Shown here in pieces: positions 54,300 through 64,000 of a stretch of 64,000 bases of DNA; within the stretch, counting starts at the first letter, position 1; every line of letters starts with the position of its first letter. The translations under genes were made by a program, and so were the position numbers. The DNA comes from a virus: IMG/VR virus record IMGVR_UViG_3300024496_000011; one strand, written 5' to 3'. The notes under the pieces are model-generated. The model searched no databases, was not told where the DNA came from, and saw nothing but the letters and a program-made list of their open reading frames with translations.

Positions 54300-54802
54300 T
54301 AGTTGTAAGTGTTAGTGGTGTTTTTATGAAGTCCAGCGAAATGATAAAGAAGAACGCAATAATGAATTGCCTTCAAAATGTCCATTTTGGACTTACCATT
54401 CTTCTTACCAAACCGCGAGAGATACTTGATAGCGTTGGAACGAGTGAATGGTTCACCATCTCCAATACTCTCAATCAAATCGAGAGTTTGAGTTTTAGAT
54501 TGTTCTGAAGTGTAGTGAGAATGATAAGTACTTGCAATATACTCTTCTACTGCTTTCAGAGTTTTATCTTCTTCATATTTCCAGAAACCATTTTTGTTTG
54601 TATCTTCAGGCATTTTCAAATTAAAAGTAGAAGGTAGATTCAGAGATAGATGATCATCACCAAGTCCACCAGAAAGTCGGGAACTAAGGACAAACATATC
54701 GGGAGAAGGACACGGATTTCCAGTTAGACTAATACCATCTTCTTCCCAGAAATCTTGATTAGGGATTGAACTTTCGTAAGTGCTCTCAAAGTTTTCGGAC
54801 AT
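54296..54802 (-). CDS. DUF3310-like hypothetical protein
   Basis: SHY...NAIKYLSRFGKKNG...DILKAIHY. Confidence 0.7.
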   Translation of the reverse strand: MSENFESTYESSIPNQDFWEEDGISLTGNPCPSPDMFVLSSRLSGGLGDDHLSLNLPSTFNLKMPEDTNKNGFWKYEEDKTLKAVEEYIASTYHSHYTSEQSKTQTLDLIESIGDGEPFTRSNAIKYLSRFGKKNGKSKMDILKAIHYCVLLYHFAGLHKNTTNTYNY

Positions 54803-54857
54803 TGTATTTCATAGTAAAGGACAAAAAGAGGAGGCACATTGACCTCCTTATATCCTA

Positions 54858-55949
54858 TCAGTTTGACTGCTGTTCGTCAACAGGAAGTTGAAAGTCAGCA
54901 TCAACCTTGTCATAAAGTTCAAGGAATGCTTGCTTGGTTTCATCATCAAAGCGGTTAACGCACACTTGGATTGCCTTTGCTTTATCTTGGAAAATGCTGT
55001 AAGCACGGATGATGTGAACCAGACGGCGGGTGCTGATGATCTCCTCAATACCACCATCGTAGAAAGTCTTACGGATGATGTCTGCCCAATCGACCAGGCG
55101 CTTACAGAAATTACGATCTTCAATACCCAGATCCAAAGCAATACCTTCCAGAATCTTCTGCTCAGTTGCAGGGGCGGGATAGGACTGCTCAAAGGTCACA
55201 GGGAAACGCTCAAGGAATGCTTCGTTGAGAACATTGGTGCCGATGAAGCGACCATCATCAGAACCCTTACCCTTGGTGTTGGCGGTGGCGATCACATTGA
55301 AACCAGAGGCAGGTTTCACGAAGCGACCGATCTTTTTGAGGAACACACCTTTACCTTCCAGAATGGATTGCAGGCACAGGATCTTATTAGAAGCAAGGTC
55401 AATCTCATCCAGCAGCAGCACTGCACCACGCTCAAGTGCTTCCACTACAGGACCATTGTGCCATACAGTCTCACCATTGACAAGACGGAAACCACCAATC
55501 AGGTCATCTTCATCAGTCTCGATGGTAATGTTGACACGAATCAATTCACGCTTCAGTTGAGCACATGCTTGCTCAACGCTGAAAGTTTTACCATTACCAG
55601 ACAGACCAGTGACGAACACAGGATAAAAGATATTGGACTGAATAACTTTTTTAATATCACCAAAGTTACCAAACTTGACGAAGGTATCATCTTTATCGGG
55701 AATGAGGTTTTGTTCGATAGGGGGAACCACTGCAGGTGCTTGGAAAGTGCGTTCGATTTCTTGTACTTTTTGTTGCGTCACTTCAAGATTCCATTTACCA
55801 CGACCAACTTTAAATTGATCAAGTTTTTTAGTAACAGTTTGATAGTTAGCATCGTTCAGATTACACCAGGCACGGATATCAGCACCAGTGATGGTGTTTC
55901 CATACAGGTTCTGTAGAGAAGTGCGGATGTAGTCGGAGGAGAGTGCCAT
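54858..55949 (-). CDS. cobS: CobS / MoxR-family AAA+ ATPase
   Basis: GLSGNGKT, LLDEID, ATANTKG, AFLERF; likely start MALSS. Confidence 0.9.
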   Translation of the reverse strand: MALSSDYIRTSLQNLYGNTITGADIRAWCNLNDANYQTVTKKLDQFKVGRGKWNLEVTQQKVQEIERTFQAPAVVPPIEQNLIPDKDDTFVKFGNFGDIKKVIQSNIFYPVFVTGLSGNGKTFSVEQACAQLKRELIRVNITIETDEDDLIGGFRLVNGETVWHNGPVVEALERGAVLLLDEIDLASNKILCLQSILEGKGVFLKKIGRFVKPASGFNVIATANTKGKGSDDGRFIGTNVLNEAFLERFPVTFEQSYPAPATEQKILEGIALDLGIEDRNFCKRLVDWADIIRKTFYDGGIEEIISTRRLVHIIRAYSIFQDKAKAIQVCVNRFDDETKQAFLELYDKVDADFQLPVDEQQSN

Positions 55950-55974
55950 TAGTTTGCTTTGTTTCAACCTAGTC

Positions 55975-56008
55975 ATTATAGAGCAAAAAGAGGTCCTCCT
56001 GGGACCTC
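55975..56008 (-). terminator. Terminator hairpin directly followed by TATAAT
   Basis: GAGGTCC-CAGGA-GGACCTC-TTTTT-GCTC-TATAAT. Confidence 0.7.
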
Positions 56009-56013
56009 GGTGG

Positions 56014-56199
56014 TCAGTTTGCCAACTGGTTCTTGAGTTCTCTTAGGTACTCTTCACTTGCAATATGACCTGTATATCCTGGATAGTACTTATTTACTAA
56101 AGAGTCAATGCCCATAGCAGTTGTACTGCTATTACATTTAATCCATACTTCTTTTGTATTGTATTCTACCACATGTTCGAATGGAAATTTTTGTTTCAT
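56014..56199 (-). CDS. Small hypothetical protein
   Basis: 61-aa ORF. Confidence 0.6.
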   Translation of the reverse strand: MKQKFPFEHVVEYNTKEVWIKCNSSTTAMGIDSLVNKYYPGYTGHIASEEYLRELKNQLAN

Positions 56200-58382
56200 G
56201 CAACTAAAGAAATGAACTCACCAAGAACTTTTTTATTTAGTTTTTTAGTCTTAAGGGACTTAACGAACGCAGATTTAATTTGGGATTTAGTTGCATCTTC
56301 GGAAACTTCAAACTCAGTTTCTTGAGAAAGTGCAGTTGCAGACATTCCAAAGTACGCATCATATCCAGACTTTGTAATTGTGAAACTCTTCAGTTTCTTC
56401 CAATCATTTTGAATTTTCTCATATTCTTTTTCAAGTTGAGAATGATACATTTGAACAAAGCGACTGAAGTTGCGACTTTCAAGAACACGAATACCAATAA
56501 AGTTCATGGAAGTAAACTTATCTTTCAGGTTCCTAAGAAGAACATCAGTAAATTCATGATAACCATATCCAATCTTATAGGTAGTTCCAAGTTTACGATC
56601 ACGAAGGAATGTCGTATGTGGATTAATATACCCAGTTCCAAGAAATGGTTTCTTTTCCCACTGGCGTTTAACTTCTTTGTGGTGGACAAGTTGATTTGCT
56701 TCACCATCAGTAAGAACAATACATTGAACTTTTTGAAGTTTGTTTTCCTTTTGGAACTTAGGAAGAATCTGATGAAGAGTAATCAGAGATTCATTCAAAG
56801 GAGTTCCTGAGAGAGAAAGACGATTTGGATAAGTATAGGGAGAACTATAAGTCCTACCAAAACAATAAGCAAGACGCCAAATATTCAACATTTGATGCTC
56901 AAGAACACTACCAGAAACTTTACTAGTGAGAATATTCATCATGGAGAAAGTTTCATCTACAACCAGAAGACCATCTTTCTTTTGGTAATGTGGAGTGCGG
57001 TCTGCAGCAAGATAACGATCATTTTCATAATCATACTCACCACGACGCCACTCACTAGTAAAAGCATAAACCTCAAAAGGAATGGATACTTTCTTACAGA
57101 ACCAAACAAGATTGAAGAGTTGCTTACATGTATCAAGCATCACATCACACATAGAACCACTCCAGTCCAAAACAAATACAAGACCATGATTCTTGCCATC
57201 AGGAATCACAGATACTTTCTTGAACAAGTCTTCATTGTACTTGTAAGTATGAAGACGAGATGTATCGAGAACACCAGTGCGAGCAGTTGATGCACGAGCA
57301 TACTGATCTGCAGCCTTACGACATTCAAATTCTTTTACCAAGTAGTTGACTTCTTTTTGAGCAGAAGATTTAAACTTTTTAAAGTCAAGATCAGATTCTT
57401 TATAGAGATTTGTAGGAGTATAACTTTGTCTTTCCGCATGTTCATTATGGATTTTTTGTTGATGAGCAAAAGAATCATCAATATCTTTATGAACTTCAGA
57501 GTTCTTACCAATAACAGTATCAAGATTTACTTGAGGAACCTCAATATAAACATTTTCATATCCATCGTTACCCACAAGGTCACGAATCTTATCTTCCAAA
57601 GACTCTGCAGTGCGAACTTCAGGTTCTTCTTTTTCCCCAGAAGATTTTACGGGAGTTTCATCACCTTGAGCAGTGCCACCATAGGACTCTGAAGACTCTT
57701 TTTCAGAGGAGTTATCACTCTCACCTTCTTGCTCAGAAGAGGAGTCATTAGTCTCCACAAAATCACTTGCAGGAGACTGTGAATTTCCTTGAGTTTCGTG
57801 AGAATCAAAGTCAGCAACCTTCTGCTGTTGTTCCTTTTCTTTTTTACAATAATTATAAAGTTCTTCAGCAGCAATCAGTGTATCTGCAAAACTTTCACAA
57901 GCATCAATGATATTAATGATTTCTTTTTCCTCTGGAGTAAAATCAAGAGTCAAAAAGTTGCCAACTTTAAAATAAAGGTTAGCGCGGTCAGCAAGATTAA
58001 AAGTAGAAATATCTTCTTCTTTGAGTTGAAAGAAATCTTCTTCGTTCAGTTCCTTATATCCATTAAAGAAAGTCTTAGCAAGACCAGCATACTTACGCTT
58101 CATCAGTTTTTCAATGCGAGCATCCTCAACCACATTCACAAACTGCTGAGGAACTTTTGCAGTTTCGCTCCAATCCTCATCAGGAGTAAAGAGTGCGTGA
58201 CCCACCTCATGACCAACCAGAAGGTCATATACAAGGTTACTTGCCTTTTCCCACAAAGGCAGAGTCAGAACACGAGTATGAACATTGAAACAAGCAGTAG
58301 GAACCTTCTTGTGTTCCACCACAAGGTCTTCAGTAGCAAGAAGTTTGGCAAGTTGAGATTTGATTTCGTGAGAGACTGCCAT
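56196..58382 (-). CDS. HExxH peptidase plus VWA (CobT-like) protein
   Basis: GHEVGH; EDARIE; LDWSGS MIDAS; LSGTP; VLTDGE. Confidence 0.88.
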   Translation of the reverse strand: MAVSHEIKSQLAKLLATEDLVVEHKKVPTACFNVHTRVLTLPLWEKASNLVYDLLVGHEVGHALFTPDEDWSETAKVPQQFVNVVEDARIEKLMKRKYAGLAKTFFNGYKELNEEDFFQLKEEDISTFNLADRANLYFKVGNFLTLDFTPEEKEIINIIDACESFADTLIAAEELYNYCKKEKEQQQKVADFDSHETQGNSQSPASDFVETNDSSSEQEGESDNSSEKESSESYGGTAQGDETPVKSSGEKEEPEVRTAESLEDKIRDLVGNDGYENVYIEVPQVNLDTVIGKNSEVHKDIDDSFAHQQKIHNEHAERQSYTPTNLYKESDLDFKKFKSSAQKEVNYLVKEFECRKAADQYARASTARTGVLDTSRLHTYKYNEDLFKKVSVIPDGKNHGLVFVLDWSGSMCDVMLDTCKQLFNLVWFCKKVSIPFEVYAFTSEWRRGEYDYENDRYLAADRTPHYQKKDGLLVVDETFSMMNILTSKVSGSVLEHQMLNIWRLAYCFGRTYSSPYTYPNRLSLSGTPLNESLITLHQILPKFQKENKLQKVQCIVLTDGEANQLVHHKEVKRQWEKKPFLGTGYINPHTTFLRDRKLGTTYKIGYGYHEFTDVLLRNLKDKFTSMNFIGIRVLESRNFSRFVQMYHSQLEKEYEKIQNDWKKLKSFTITKSGYDAYFGMSATALSQETEFEVSEDATKSQIKSAFVKSLKTKKLNKKVLGEFISLVA

Positions 58383-58551
58383 GAGGTTTGTTTCGTATGA
58401 GACCATCATAAAACGAAAGGTCGCCTTTTGGGCGACCCATGTGACGCTTTTTGAACTGGGCGAGTCGTGCTTTTGCTTGCCTCAGTGCTTGCGGTTTAAG
58501 TTTTCGTTTCTGTTCTTTCTTTGAATGGTGTTTCCAGTTTGGGACTTGCAT
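58330..58551 (-). CDS. Small basic hypothetical protein
   Basis: MQVPNWKHHSKKEQKRKLKPQALRQ; the 3' part reads through a terminator hairpin at 58419-58437. Confidence 0.5.
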   Translation of the reverse strand: MQVPNWKHHSKKEQKRKLKPQALRQAKARLAQFKKRHMGRPKGDLSFYDGLIRNKPHGSLSRNQISTCQTSCY

Positions 58552-58565
58552 TGTTATTAAGTGGA

Positions 58566-60278
58566 TCAGACCACCATATGCGAAAAACCTTTTACTTTTT
58601 CAAACTTTATGACACTTTCAAATCTGTCCTCAAGACCTGTCTTATGAGAGATAACAAAAATGTTTGCGTCTTTAATTACATAACGAATGATTTTAAGAAA
58701 CTCTTCGGTTCCAGTGGAATCCAAAGAACTATCAAAAATTTCATCAAGAATCATTAGATTAGTATTCACCGAGTTCTTCATTCTTGCAACTTCTCTCCAA
58801 GTAAAAAGAAGTGCTAGGTCGATTCTTTGTTTTTCTCCTTCACTAAAAGAAGCATAGGAGAAATCTTCGTGAATGGGTGACTGGACGGTTTCGTTAAACT
58901 CCTCATCAAGAGTAAAGTTAATATAGAAGTCCATCATTTGCAGATAACGATTGACCTGCTGATTGATGAGTGGCAAATACTTCTTAATAATTTTGGATTT
59001 TACTCCACCGTCTTTGAGCAAACTATACGAAAAATCGTAATAGTTGATTGTGTCTTTTTTAGAAGCGAGTTCGTCGTATGTAATTTTTAAGTTGTCTTTG
59101 AAGGATTCTAACTTCTCATGTTCAGAATTTCGGTTTGCAAGGTTCTCGGTAAGAACTTGAATTTCTTTTTCAAGATTTCGGATTTGTCTTTGTAATCCGT
59201 TAATCTTAATATTGTTTTGAGAAATGCCATTCGTTAATTTTGAAATCTCCTTCGACAGAGTATTGAATTGACGCTCTCGCTCTTCTTCCTCTTTAATTGC
59301 CTCCTCTAGTTCTTTATAACCAGATTGCAACTCTTTTGCTTTATTTTGAGCGTCGTTAATTCTATTTATTCTGAAGATCTCTTCGATAGACTGTGTGCAG
59401 GTGGGGCATACCGTATTCTCTGTAAAGAACTTATGCTCTTTAGTAATGGTAGATACTTTTTGAGAAATCTTACCCTTTAAGTTTCCAAGTTTGCGTAGTT
59501 TTTCTGCATATCCAACCAACTTATCTTGCTCTCGAATATACTCATAAAGAGGTTCTTCTAAAGTACTATTCTCATTCATATATTGTTGGATTTCTTTATC
59601 CAAATCGGAAATTTTCCGATTACTATTATCAATACTTTCTTTTCCGCGATTCTCAAGTTCTTCAATGAACTCCTGTTGCATTTTGACTTTATCAAGAAGA
59701 GATTCTTTCTTCAGTTCATAAACTTTGATTTCTTCTTTTGTTTGACGAATCTTTTCTTTGATAACCATATTCATTGAAGAAAAAATCTTGATATCAAGCA
59801 AATCCTCAATGACTTCTCTACGATGTGCAGCAGAGAGTTGCATAAAAGGAACAAAAGTACTAGAACCCAGAATTACAATCTGAGTGAAGGACTTGTAGTT
59901 CATTTTAAGAACATTTTGCTCCAACCACTTCTGCTGATCTAAAGCAGCGGCAGATTGATCCAAAGAAGTATCATTTCTCCAAATCTCAAAAAGTGCAGGT
60001 TTAATTCCCCTTACAACTTTCCAATCAGCATTTCCAATCGAAAACTCTACTTCAACTCTACAGTCCTTTTCATTTACAGAGTTAATAAGTTGAGGTTTAT
60101 TAATCTTACGAAATGGTTTTCCAAACAAAGCAAATGTAAGTGCATCCAGAACAGTACTTTTTCCTGCTCCATTTGTACCGACAATGAGATTAGTTTTATT
60201 TTTTGTAAAATCAACTTCAGTGTACTGATTGCCAGTGCTTAAAAAGTTTTTCCAACGAATAGTTTTAAATAAAATCAT
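58566..60278 (-). CDS. 46: Recombination endonuclease ATPase subunit (gp46, Rad50/SbcC-like)
   Basis: GTNGAGKS, CPTC hook, FSEGE, ILDE. Confidence 0.95.
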   Translation of the reverse strand: MILFKTIRWKNFLSTGNQYTEVDFTKNKTNLIVGTNGAGKSTVLDALTFALFGKPFRKINKPQLINSVNEKDCRVEVEFSIGNADWKVVRGIKPALFEIWRNDTSLDQSAAALDQQKWLEQNVLKMNYKSFTQIVILGSSTFVPFMQLSAAHRREVIEDLLDIKIFSSMNMVIKEKIRQTKEEIKVYELKKESLLDKVKMQQEFIEELENRGKESIDNSNRKISDLDKEIQQYMNENSTLEEPLYEYIREQDKLVGYAEKLRKLGNLKGKISQKVSTITKEHKFFTENTVCPTCTQSIEEIFRINRINDAQNKAKELQSGYKELEEAIKEEEERERQFNTLSKEISKLTNGISQNNIKINGLQRQIRNLEKEIQVLTENLANRNSEHEKLESFKDNLKITYDELASKKDTINYYDFSYSLLKDGGVKSKIIKKYLPLINQQVNRYLQMMDFYINFTLDEEFNETVQSPIHEDFSYASFSEGEKQRIDLALLFTWREVARMKNSVNTNLMILDEIFDSSLDSTGTEEFLKIIRYVIKDANIFVISHKTGLEDRFESVIKFEKVKGFSHMVV

Positions 60279-60537
60279 GATCAGTGTTTGGAGGAATTAC
60301 AATGTCATTTGGAGTAATCACTGCATATTGATACCCATGCAGTTCACAAGTTTTTATCATTACTTCATCTTCAATTTCAATTACATGCATTTCTGGATAT
60401 CCTTCTTCTTCTAACATCATAGCATACCGAACAGCATCATCCTCTTCCTGAAAAAGATACAAAATATGTTCTCCCTCATCATCAATTACGGAATATGCTC
60501 CTTCAGTTTCTCTGCCATTGATTGTTAGAATAAACAT
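60265..60537 (-). CDS. Hypothetical protein
   Basis: 90-aa ORF between 47 and 46. Confidence 0.7.
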   Translation of the reverse strand: MFILTINGRETEGAYSVIDDEGEHILYLFQEEDDAVRYAMMLEEEGYPEMHVIEIEDEVMIKTCELHGYQYAVITPNDIVIPPNTDHDFI

Positions 60538-61578
60538 TTAAACTAATTCACATGCCTCTTGATAAATTTCTTGCATCATTTTTTGAATGACTGATTTATC
60601 AAGACTAATTTCTGCCTCCTCAATATATCTATTCAGGATAGAAATAGTGTCTTCGCTTTCAAATGCTTCAAACTCTTCATGTTCTTGAATGTCAAAATTC
60701 TCAATGATTTTGAGTTCTGCAATGTTGGAAGAATAAAGTTTATCAATAAACTTTTCAAACTTTTTAGTGTCAGACTTTTTACGAACAACAACCTTTACGA
60801 TCTTGTTTTCGTACTCACGAGTATCAAATGTTTGATAGTTAGTGTCCTCATAATAAATGTTATGGAACATCTTATAAGGATTGTTTACATGCTCGTGAGT
60901 TATCGTTTCAGTATCAAAAATAGTGAATCCACGAGTATCACCAACATCAGTCCAGTAGATCTCATAGGGATTTCCTAAGTAAAAGACCGTTCCATCATTC
61001 GATCTAGTGTGATAGTGTCCCGAGTAGACTCTAGTGAACTTATCAAATAGTTTGCCCTCCAGACCGTGCTCCATGACGATTTGCTTATTAACTCTAAATC
61101 CCTGGAGTTCAAGGTGCCCCATCGCGCACGGGCAAGTTGTCTTTTTAATAAGTTTGAGAGTACTTTCCTCATTTTCTTGATTAATCCAGGGTATAAAAAG
61201 TGTTCGGAGATTATCGAGAATAACTTCAGTTGGTTCCGAATATACCGTCACATTATCATACTCACGCAAAAGTAAATCAACTGCATTTACATTATTAGTG
61301 TTCTTATAATAAGCCGTATGATTTCCTACAATTGTATGGACCCTTACACCCATTTCTTGAAGACGGTCATAGTAATTATTTTTTGCCCAAGATAAAGCAG
61401 AGAAATCAATTCCCTTACGACTATCAAAAGTATCTCCCATATCTACAACAGTAGTAATCCCTTGCTCTTCGAGTGTAGGGAAAAATACATTGTCGTAGAA
61501 ATTTAGAAAATAATCATGAAAGAGTTTGGAATTCTTTCTCGCACCAAAATGTTGGTCTGTAATAATTGCTACTTTCAT
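60538..61578 (-). CDS. 47: Recombination endonuclease nuclease subunit (gp47, Mre11/SbcD-like)
   Basis: TDQHFG, MGDTFD, GNH, SGHYH. Confidence 0.95.
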   Translation of the reverse strand: MKVAIITDQHFGARKNSKLFHDYFLNFYDNVFFPTLEEQGITTVVDMGDTFDSRKGIDFSALSWAKNNYYDRLQEMGVRVHTIVGNHTAYYKNTNNVNAVDLLLREYDNVTVYSEPTEVILDNLRTLFIPWINQENEESTLKLIKKTTCPCAMGHLELQGFRVNKQIVMEHGLEGKLFDKFTRVYSGHYHTRSNDGTVFYLGNPYEIYWTDVGDTRGFTIFDTETITHEHVNNPYKMFHNIYYEDTNYQTFDTREYENKIVKVVVRKKSDTKKFEKFIDKLYSSNIAELKIIENFDIQEHEEFEAFESEDTISILNRYIEEAEISLDKSVIQKMMQEIYQEACELV

Positions 61579-62118
61579 TCAATACCGCAGTTTGCTGTGA
61601 ACTCCGTCCTTGATAGAATTATAATCGGAATAGTTCCCGCCGTCAATAGTGTTGTCGTCTGTGAAGACTTCCGAAAATCCAGACCTTTCAAGGATTTTAT
61701 TTTTGATTTCCAATTGACGCTTTTCTCTTTGGATGCGACGAAGGAAAGCGTAGTGAATGATTTGAGTGAAGTATGCGAAAGGATTTTGTGACTTCTCCGG
61801 ATTGAAATTGTGAATGTACTGAACACAATTTTCAATACCATCAGAAATCATATCTTCCTTGAACATGTAGTTCACGAAGTTTGGTTTAAAGGAAAGGTGA
61901 TTCGCAATCTTTAAGAAACACTCTCCAATGTAGCGGGGAATAGGAGGTTTTGTATCCCAAGTCTTTGCACGGTCTTCTTTCGTTAATTCTCTGCCAAACT
62001 TTTTAATAAAAGTTATTTCAACATCTTCACGATATTTGATGATAGCAGCAAGGAACTCTTTATTATTGACATAATGCTCTGACCTTTTTCTTTTGGCCAT
62101 GACTGCTGTGGTAATCAT
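61579..62118 (-). CDS. 55: Late-transcription sigma factor (gp55)
   Basis: HYVNNKEF...NFVNY...MISDGIEN...NPFAYFTQI. Confidence 0.95.
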   Translation of the reverse strand: MITTAVMAKRKRSEHYVNNKEFLAAIIKYREDVEITFIKKFGRELTKEDRAKTWDTKPPIPRYIGECFLKIANHLSFKPNFVNYMFKEDMISDGIENCVQYIHNFNPEKSQNPFAYFTQIIHYAFLRRIQREKRQLEIKNKILERSGFSEVFTDDNTIDGGNYSDYNSIKDGVHSKLRY

Positions 62119-62143
62119 AAGTTTTTATCATTATTATGTATAG

Positions 62144-62194
62144 ATTATACCACTTATACAAATGCTTGACAAGGTATTCAAAAGTTGATACAAT
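62144..62194. promoter_or_regulatory. Overlapping divergent sigma70 promoters upstream of gp55
   Basis: Minus: TTGTCA (62167-62172) -17- TATAAT (62144-62149). Plus: TTGACA (62166-62171) -17- TACAAT (62189-62194). Confidence 0.75.
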
Positions 62195-62223
62195 TACCTT
62201 TGTGGAGGTTGATAAGATAAGCT

Positions 62224-62616
62224 TTAACTATTTTTATAGAGTTTCTCTAATATCTCTTTAGCATCATTGACATTAGAGATATAACCCATTTTACGACTGA
62301 TTTTTGATTGATTTATACTTTTTTTATCAGATTGTCGTACATAATTTTGATACATCATTATTATTTTTATATCTGAAGATTCGGAAAGAGTTAATACATC
62401 TTCAAGATTTATTAAAAACATATCTTCCTTTGTTGTTTTTAACCAAGGTTCTATTTTATATCCAACAACTCCCATTCTAGTAGTAACTTCGCTTAAAACA
62501 ATGGGATTTGAAATAATCAATATTGTTCGATCTTCTTCTTCAGAGGCAGCAACTTTAGCAAATATTTCTTCCCCTGTTTTTAATTTTATTGTTGCATAAA
62601 AATCGTCTTCTATCAT
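62224..62616 (-). CDS. Conserved T4-like hypothetical protein
   Basis: FYATIKLKTGEEIFAKV. Confidence 0.7.
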   Translation of the reverse strand: MIEDDFYATIKLKTGEEIFAKVAASEEEDRTILIISNPIVLSEVTTRMGVVGYKIEPWLKTTKEDMFLINLEDVLTLSESSDIKIIMMYQNYVRQSDKKSINQSKISRKMGYISNVNDAKEILEKLYKNS

Positions 62617-64000
62617 TTTTTTAAATTAATTGTAATTATATCGTAATTAAAATTCTCTTCATTATAGATCTTAATTCTTTCAATGAGATGATTTAGAGTA
62701 TAATTTTTTCTTGCGTTATATGTACAGTCATCAGCGATATCATAAAGTGTTGCTTTTACTTTGTCTTTTCCTTTTCTAAGAACTCGTCCAATGCTTTGAA
62801 GATTACGAATTCTTGATTTGCTTGGTGAGGCAAAAATAACATTATGTAAATTTTTGATGTTGATTCCGGTAGAAAAAGTTCCATAAGATGCAACAATAAT
62901 TGCATTATTTTCTCTTTCTGTAATTTCTCTAACCAATTCTCTTTCTTCAGCGTCAACTCCACCATGAATAAAAAATACTTTACGATCATTTCGCTTATTA
63001 GTATTTATCTTTTCAAATAAGATAGCTCCATGCGCTTCTACTCTTGAAAATAAAATAAGGGTATTTCCTTTTAAATCTAATGCAAGATTTGTAATAAATT
63101 TATTTCTTTGTTCATGAGAAATTAAATATTGAATCTCATCTTCATAAGTTTCAAATTTTTGTGGATTATGTTTTAAAACAATACACTGAATATCTAATTG
63201 TGATAAATGACCTTGCCTCATCAATTCATCTGTTTTGGTAACTTTATAAGATGGACCAAATAACCCCTCTAAAACCCATTTATGTGTTTGTGTTCCATCA
63301 AGAGTTCCAGTAAAACCAAAACGATATTTTGCATGATGAAGTTTGGTCATAATTTCTATCAAGGATTTGCTCTTGAAAAGATGAGCTTCATCGCCTATAA
63401 TTACATTATATTCTTCAAAAAAAGATCTCTCTAGTTTATAAACAGACTGCCAAGTTGTGATCGTTACAGAATATTCATTTGTTTTTTCTTTACCCGAATA
63501 AATACGGTGACAATATGAATCAGCATCCCAACCATAGTCTTGGAAATCCTTGTACATCTGCTCTACCAAAGATGTCGTTGGAACAACTAGAAGAATTTTT
63601 TGTCCTTTATCTACATAATACCTTACGAGGGAATAAATCATCAAGGATTTTCCTGAGGCTGTGGGTGATATCAATAATTTTCGGTTATGTCGTAGAGCAT
63701 CGTATACTCCCTCTACTTGATACTCCCGTGGAGAATGAGCACAAATAGATTTCATATAGTCTTTTACACCTTCATATGAAATATTTTGATTTATTTCGAA
63801 AGGTTGTCCGTAAAATTTGTTATCTTCAAACTTATAAGAATATCCGTATTGATTGCAAAAATTTACAATTTTATCTAAGAGACCAACATATATTTGTTTC
63901 GATCTCATATCATATAAATGAATTTCTCCATTCCAATTTCTACCTCTATACTGAGGCATAAATTTTGCATTAGGAACCTCAAACTTAAAGTGATCTCTAA
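62613..64000 (-). CDS. uvsW: UvsW DNA helicase (5'-truncated by the window edge)
   Basis: PTASGKS, DEAH, TGT, LQSIGRVLR; frame stays open past 63959 to the window end. Confidence 0.95.
   Translation of the reverse strand, partial: RDHFKFEVPNAKFMPQYRGRNWNGEIHLYDMRSKQIYVGLLDKIVNFCNQYGYSYKFEDNKFYGQPFEINQNISYEGVKDYMKSICAHSPREYQVEGVYDALRHNRKLLISPTASGKSLMIYSLVRYYVDKGQKILLVVPTTSLVEQMYKDFQDYGWDADSYCHRIYSGKEKTNEYSVTITTWQSVYKLERSFFEEYNVIIGDEAHLFKSKSLIEIMTKLHHAKYRFGFTGTLDGTQTHKWVLEGLFGPSYKVTKTDELMRQGHLSQLDIQCIVLKHNPQKFETYEDEIQYLISHEQRNKFITNLALDLKGNTLILFSRVEAHGAILFEKINTNKRNDRKVFFIHGGVDAEERELVREITERENNAIIVASYGTFSTGINIKNLHNVIFASPSKSRIRNLQSIGRVLRKGKDKVKATLYDIADDCTYNARKNYTLNHLIERIKIYNEENFNYDIITINLKK

Noticed and set aside
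54888-55916. 342-aa plus-strand ORF and visibly higher GC
   Set aside because: Exactly antisense to cobS; C-ending codon bias of a highly expressed gene removes antisense stops; no independent evidence of a gene or of recent transfer
1-64000. Stop-codon reassignment or suppressor tRNA
   Set aside because: Core genes are full length in the standard code, TAA, TAG and TGA all terminate genes, and no CTA/TTA/TCA anticodon was found

Overview
AT-rich 64 kb segment of a T4-like cyanomyovirus genome (Kyanoviridae-like; probably a freshwater Synechococcus/Cyanobium phage, which is inference). Almost all genes lie on the minus strand. Low to high coordinates: (1) a late accessory region with a >1078-aa ORF missed by the ORF track because it runs off the window start, a 2OG-Fe(II) oxygenase, a plus-strand 4-gene envelope-protein operon, an SNase, a NUMOD3 homing endonuclease and a lysis-like module (GH24 lysozyme and C39 peptidase sharing an N-terminal domain); (2) host-derived genes (peroxiredoxin, two hli, petF, an outer-membrane beta-barrel); (3) an ~11.7 kb glycan/nucleotide-sugar cluster with most of a heptose-type pathway; (4) a structured-RNA and tRNA island (manA/wcaG-like RNA with an ORF inside it, 10 tRNAs including Ile-UAU, a tRNA-like RNA, two HNH genes, Dps, an orphan Phd-like antitoxin); (5) the T4 core replication block (nrdB, nrdA, gp61, MazG, gp41, UvsX, gp43, Hsp20, RegA, gp62, Dam, gp44, gp45, CobS, VWA peptidase, gp46, gp47, gp55, UvsW) interspersed with probable head-packaged proteins. 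sigma70 promoters (TTGACA-17-TATAAT type) and T4 late promoters (TATAAATA/ATAAATA) are readable throughout. All family assignments come from motif recognition by eye; no database searches were run.
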